From Octopus bimaculoides (Eukaryota), in contig NC_068987.1 in the NCBI RefSeq assembly GCF_001194135.2, positions 101,846,846-101,900,999 on the forward strand: a stretch of 54,154 nt of DNA, given 5' to 3'. Below are positions 50,240 to 54,154 of the stretch, piece after piece (the first letter of the stretch is position 1; every line of letters begins with the position of its first letter). The position numbers and the translations under genes are program-made. Below the pieces are notes generated by a model. It was not told the origin of the DNA. It worked only from the letters and a program-made list of their open reading frames with translations, and searched no databases.

Positions 50240-51488
50240 TGTGAAACCATAAGTTCTGTCCGAATTTTGAATAAAGAAAACAAGTGATCACATGTTATAT
50301 TTAATTGAAATTTAAGCATCAATGTACTTTCCCTGATTATCTATGACTTCTTTCCATCTATTTACAAGCTTTATTAATCCCATCAATGTAGAACTCTTTT
50401 GGTTTCAAAGCGAAGAACTCTGAAATGTCAGTTTCGACCTCCTCCTGGCTTGTGAAAGTTATGTCCCCCAAATGATTCTGTAAACTACGAAACAAATGGT
50501 AGTCTGAAGGAGAAAGGTTGCGAGAACAAGGTGGATGAGGAACTTGTTCCCAATCAAGCTCTTCGATCTTCTGTGATGTGATCTTTACAGTGTGGGGTCA
50601 GGCATTGTCCTGATGAAATATCACACCTTTCCGATTCACTAAAGTGTTTTTTTTTTCCTTCAAAGCTTGGTTCAAACGCTTTTGGCATTGATTGTTGCAT
50701 TAGGTGGTAACAATTCAAAGTGAATTACTCATTTGCAATCCCAATCACCAGATAGAGAGAAGAAATGTTTTCCATGAAGCTCCCTTCTCGGTTGTTTTTG
50801 AGCTTTTTCCCCTTTTACCAAGCCACTGTTTACGACATTTAACATTTCGATAGAAGATCCATTTTTCATCACCAGTCACAAGTCTATTCAAAAAGGGTGA
50901 AATGAGTCCGCGAGAATGGTGAGAAGAGCAAATGTCAACTTGGGATTTGCGGTTGCTTTCGGACAATTCATAAGACACCCATTCTCGAAGTTTAGGAACC
51001 TTTCCAAGTTCTGTGGTTTGAACAAAGCTTTATTGCCAATTCTTCAACTGATAATTCAAGATTTTCTTCAAGTAATGCCTCAAGGAGCTTATCAACCAAA
51101 ATCAACTGGAAGTCCTGTTCGATCTTCATCTTCAAGGCTGAAATCTCCACTTCTGAATTTTGCAAACCATCTTCTGTAAGTTCTTTCATTCAAGCATTCT
51201 CTCACATAAACTGAGTGTATGTTTCGAATCGCTTTGGCTGCAGAGTTTCCTTTATTGTACTCAAAGCATTATGTGCCTTAAATGTTCGTTGGATACTTCC
51301 ATGTTAGAAAGGGTTTTAATCAAAGAAATTTTAATTTTATTATTCTGTAAAATAATATTTAATTAGTTTATATGTACACAAATGCATAAAAAATATTTTT
51401 TTAATTCCATTAGACTTTCTAAAATACTATTAAATTTCATTTGATTTTTAAAAAGGTAAAATCGGACAGAACTTATGGGATGACCTGA
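50237..51488 (-). mobile_element. Full-length (1252 bp) defective mariner DD34D transposon
   Basis: TIRs TCATGTGAAACCATAAGTTCTGTCCGAATTTT (left) and TCAGGTCATCCCATAAGTTCTGTCCGATTTT (right, reverse complement); TA on both sides (50235-36, 51489-90); encloses a transposase relic. Confidence 0.93.
50312..51302 (-). pseudogene. Mariner transposase pseudogene (DD34D)
   Basis: MEVSNEHLRHIML...RRWFAKFRSGDFSLEDEDRTG...EWVSYELSE...LVTGDEKWIFY...FHQDNA*PH...VPHPPCSRNLSPSDYHLFRSLQNHL...RWKEVIDNQGKYIDA*. The D codons at 50607-09 and 50502-04 are 105 nt apart, i.e. 34 intervening residues. Multiple stops and frameshifts. Confidence 0.92.
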
Positions 51489-52441
51489 TACATACATACA
51501 TACATATGCATGTGTGTCTGTATTATACGTGTGCGTGTGTTTGTGGAAGAAAGAGAAAGATTGAGAGGGAGACAGAGAGAGATGGACAGGGACAGAGCGT
51601 ATATGAGTGTGCATGCAATGAAAAGCAGAGAGGGAATGAGAGAGGCATTGTATATAAATTCATATACATATATTTTCCATTGTTTGTATAAATGTTTATA
51701 ATTTTGCGAACACAGTTAATAGCTAACGGAATCATGCATCAATCACTTACTTCTATTTATAGAAAGCAAAGAATAGCAAAAGATAAATTGACAGAAATTC
51801 TATTTTAAATCGTGAAATATTTTATTCCTATATATCTTTCTTTTTTCCTTCTGATTTTGATGAGGCTTATTAAATATTTTTCTTACTATAAAATTTTCAC
51901 AATACATTAAACCTACTCAGTAAACACAGAGATGAGAGATAAAATACCACATACAATGCATCACTCCCCTTTAAGAAGGAGCATGCTTCGATGAGTGTGT
52001 AATTCATAGCAGAATATTATATTGTCAATCACATCGACAAGCAATTATGGTGTGAGATATAAGTTTCTAGACGTATAAATCTGCTGGATATTAGATATGA
52101 TAATGTCTTCGAGAACTTTGGTAGCGTAAATGAAAATTTCATATATAATGTGTATATGTGTTTGTGTATGTATGTATTCATATATATACGTGTGTGTGTG
52201 TGTCTGTGTGTATGTATACAATATACATATGAATACATACATATTTGTATATATACGTATGTATGTATGTATCTATCTATCTATAAATCTCTCTGCCTGT
52301 CCCTCTATGCATCTGTTTGTCTATCTATGTCTCTCTCTCTACATATAAATGTGGGGTGATTTCTGTATGTGTGTACGTATGTATGCTTGCATGCATGTAT
52401 ACTTTTCTATACATTTATGTGTGTGTGCTTAAGTATATATA

Positions 52442-53862
52442 CCGGCACTGAATGTTTCCCACTGAATCTTTGTGAAAAACCACAAAATATCTGGCAAAAA
52501 CACTGCTAATAAATTTTAAGAGCTTCCTGCAGTTTAGGAAACTTCCTAAAAGATAATAATGGAAGGTATAACATGCCCTCTACATAAAGGATGGATAAAA
52601 AATTTGCAGGCCTATTTCTATATTCTCATGCATCTGTAACGTAAATGAAATTATTGATACAGGAGAGATGACAATATTCTTAAGGTTTCCAGAACCAAAC
52701 GGCTCGTTCGCTGACCTGTAGTAAGATGCCCACCAGGTGAAATCTGACTCAAACAGTCAGCTACTGCATCATTATGACTTTATTAAAATAGTATCTCAGT
52801 CATTTAAATTAAATTGGTAACTCAGTCATTTGCCAAGTCCTTCGATAAAGTGCATCACGGAATTACACAGTACAGACAGCTTGACTTTTGCATATGTGGT
52901 AAACCACAGGAACGGCTACATGGCATTCTTAAATATGAGAGGTAAGTATTGCAATAAACCGTGTTCACCCGAAGACCACCTGAATTCGTAGCTGAGCCTT
53001 TAACGGGTCTGTATTGAACCCAACATTCTTTGTAGCAACTATCTCGCATATGGCATTAGTCGTACACTTATTCACATTCATTAGCTATGCTGACAGTATC
53101 AAAGTTAAACCATTCAAGAACCCAGATAATACATGTAGGCTGAGGAAAACGATATGCAACACAAAGCAAAAAGTTTCAGGAATTATGCTATAAACTTACA
53201 AACTCATTGTGAGTAAAATATACGAGCCCAGATTTATTTCCATCCAGGAGATAACATGGTTGACCTAGGAACGTACACGGGTACAGTTGCATTATTCTGT
53301 GTGCATATTCCTAGGATTCATAGAATTTGTAGGTAATCTTCAAGTTTAGGGGGATAGAAAATAAATAAAAATATTCAAGGGAAATAACTGAACGACTTAC
53401 CAGTATTATCCGTTTTCTTCTAGCTGTATATAAATATATCACACCCTAACCCAAATCCTAACCCTAACGTCAATCAAATCACGTGTGTGATTTATTTATA
53501 AACAGAGATGTACGGAGAATACTGGTAAGACGTTCAGTTACTTCCCTTGAATATTTTTATTTATATTTTTTATCCCCTAAACTTGAAGATTACCGAATGT
53601 GTATATGGTTAACTAGTTAGATTCTGATATCGCTTAGTATTAGAAAAAAGGAGACCATTTGCGTCTTATGGAGAATATCATTTCCGTAGACACTTGGATT
53701 ACTTACAATTATGGTTTTTGCATAGTATTAAAAAGTGAACACGAGACAATCCAGTGCCTCTACTCACATAAAATAAGATGAGTGCAACAGATAAGTCACA
53801 GGAAGAAACTAAAAGAATTCAGATACTATGACATAGAGCAAAGACGCAAACGATATGCAGTG
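52442..53862 (+). mobile_element. Old, decayed CR1/L2/Jockey-group LINE relic (RT region), interrupted by a MITE
   Basis: Collinear RT motifs across frameshifts: EGITCPLHKG, CRPISIFS, SQLLHHYDF, FAKSFDKVHHG, GSVLNPTFFV, SYADSIKV, *AEENDMQ, DLG, HLDYLQLW, IEQRRKRYAV. Not in the ORF track because of many stops. Confidence 0.8.
53332..53594. mobile_element. Mutator (MULE)-like MITE with long TIRs, 9-bp TSD and central telomere-type repeats
   Basis: TIRs start GGTAATCTTCAAGTTTAGGGG (21/21 identical) and run about 115 bp (about 90% identical over the outer 80 bp). Flanking repeats GAATTTGTA (53323-31) and GAATGTGTA (53595-603). Centre CCCTAA CCCAAA TCCTAA CCCTAA (53444-67). Confidence 0.82.
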
Positions 53863-54042
53863 AGATGTCTATCTATCTATCTAGCTAGCTAGCTGTCTGT
53901 CTCTCTCACTATATATATATAGTAGTTGTCTACTCCTTATGCATAGTCTGACCACTTTTAGCACTTACGGAAGGTGATGTGGCTTTTTAAAACCAGACAA
54001 GGTATTGAAAAAATACATACATTACATATCTGATTTGTCCCA

Positions 54043-54081
<39 letters not shown>

Positions 54082-54154
54082 CACACACGCGCACACACAC
54101 ATATATATATATATATATAAAATATATAGTTTTAGGGAAAATAACCAATTTATT

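Noticed and set aside
35-52359. Dozens of ORFs of the YIYI, CVCV, THTH, poly-T/V/L, ERER and poly-X type
   Set aside because: They are translations of microsatellites and N-gaps, with no domain content.
53444-53467. Telomeric repeats as a chromosome end or fusion scar
   Set aside because: Only four degenerate units, enclosed within MITE TIRs.

Overview
AT-rich, microsatellite-dense animal genomic DNA with nine N-gaps. The SINE, mariner and microsatellite landscape looks like an octopus (coleoid cephalopod) draft assembly; this is an inference from remembered repeat families, not a database result. Only one host coding exon is visible: the terminal exon (35964-36588, +) of a heparan sulfate glucosamine 3-O-sulfotransferase of the HS3ST2/3/4/6 (Hs3st-B) group. 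Its upstream exon is not visible, so bases 1-35963 are probably one large intron. The rest is mobile DNA: (1) a 5'-truncated R4/Dong-clade RLE LINE sitting, with an 8-bp direct repeat, in the (ATT)n tail of a SINE; (2) a full-length dead DD34D mariner and an internally rearranged mariner derivative; (3) a decayed CR1-group LINE interrupted by a Mutator-like MITE (9-bp TSD, about 115-bp TIRs) that carries telomere-type CCCTAA repeats; (4) a hAT MITE; (5) two families of tRNA-derived SINEs (about 27 copies or fragments, with tandem arrays and one SINE-in-SINE); (6) two unclassified, almost wholly palindromic elements of about 420 and 365 bp. Nearly all other ORFs in the track are microsatellite or gap artefacts. 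I cannot demonstrate a new biological system. The best leads are the nested targeting chain (SINE tail used as a landing pad by a microsatellite-targeting LINE; SINE into SINE; MULE into LINE) and the long fold-back elements as dsRNA/ADAR substrates. All alignments were done by eye; SINE boundaries are approximate (10-20 bp).
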